45,975 nucleotides of DNA from Bacteroidales bacterium. Its GTDB lineage: Bacteria; Bacteroidota; Bacteroidia; Bacteroidales; UBA7960. The stretch is from NCBI GenBank assembly GCA_035477635.1, contig DATIKK010000031.1, forward strand, positions 1-45,975, written 5' to 3'. Below, piece after piece: positions 45,665 through 45,975 of this stretch. The first letter of the stretch is position 1. Every line of letters begins with the position of its first letter. The notes beneath the pieces were generated by a model. The model was not told the DNA's origin. It ran no database searches and saw only the letters and a list, made by a program, of their open reading frames with translations. Position numbers and translations under genes: made by a program.

Positions 45665-45975
45665 ATGATGGAAAGCAAGTTGAAGGTTTTGAAATTGGCA
45701 GCCATAGTCCTATGGATTATGGTTTCCGGTCAAATAGCGTTAAGTAATACCCCACCTACTGTTTTTTTCAGGGAAGGCTTTGAGACAGGCAGCACACAAC
45801 TGCCATCCGGATGGATTAATGTCGCAATTGTTAACAACGGTTCCTGGCAAGTTGGTGTTGGAGCCGGCCCTTTCCCTCCCGGACAGTCGGGGTTACCAGA
45901 TAGCGCTGCTGTGGGAGCTACCAATGCTTATTTCAGAGTTCCTTCATCAAATCCTTATGTGAGTCGCCTTATATC
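45665..45975 (+). CDS. secreted protein, 3'-truncated by the window edge
   Basis: It is absent from the ORF track because no stop codon is reached. ATGATG at 45665 opens MMESKLKVLKLAAIVLWIMVSGQIALS (signal peptide), then NTPPTVFFREGFETGSTQLPSGWINVAIVNNGSWQVG... The frame stays open to the window end. The EGFE..LP.GW start resembles N-termini of large Bacteroidota surface proteins. Confidence 0.55.
   Translation, partial: MMESKLKVLKLAAIVLWIMVSGQIALSNTPPTVFFREGFETGSTQLPSGWINVAIVNNGSWQVGVGAGPFPPGQSGLPDSAAVGATNAYFRVPSSNPYVSRLI

Overview
Bacteroidota-type chromosomal window, judged from T9SS genes, TAnnTTTG -7 promoter boxes and A/T-rich start contexts without Shine-Dalgarno signals. The left end (1-8.5 kb) is an accessory surface cassette. 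It holds a ~1937-aa T9SS type-B cargo adhesin (N-terminal beta-helix-like domain, about 15 PKD repeats, gliding-motility C-terminal domain) followed by its PorP/SprF-family partner. The rest is core housekeeping: sucA-sucB, a gamma-carbonic-anhydrase-like protein, an OmpH/Skp chaperone, tRNA-Gly and tRNA-Leu, and a saccharopine-dehydrogenase-like protein. Then come mrdA-rodA, nadK, two tandem DUF6089-like proteins, uppS-bamA-ompH, mutS, an initiator-type tRNA-Met, era-der and an S4/Hsp15-like protein. The right part holds a 3-PAS histidine kinase, an M20 dipeptidase, an acyl-CoA synthetase, tex, rnhB, a glycosyltransferase, purQ, a polytopic membrane protein, purD and the start of another secreted protein. 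I saw no transposase, integrase, CRISPR array or recognisable defence or toxin genes. The most interesting unexplained signal is non-coding. A conserved element with a 31-nt core (ATGAAACGGGCATGATTCGCAAAACACAAAC) occurs four times. Three copies extend as a ~85-130-nt leader right up to the ATG of exported envelope genes (two OmpH/Skp paralogs and the PorP/SprF gene). These three share two interleaved, pseudoknot-like helices that survive insertions and a G-C to G-U change. I do not recognise it as a named RNA family. All calls rest on reading the sequence and remembered family signatures; no searches were run.
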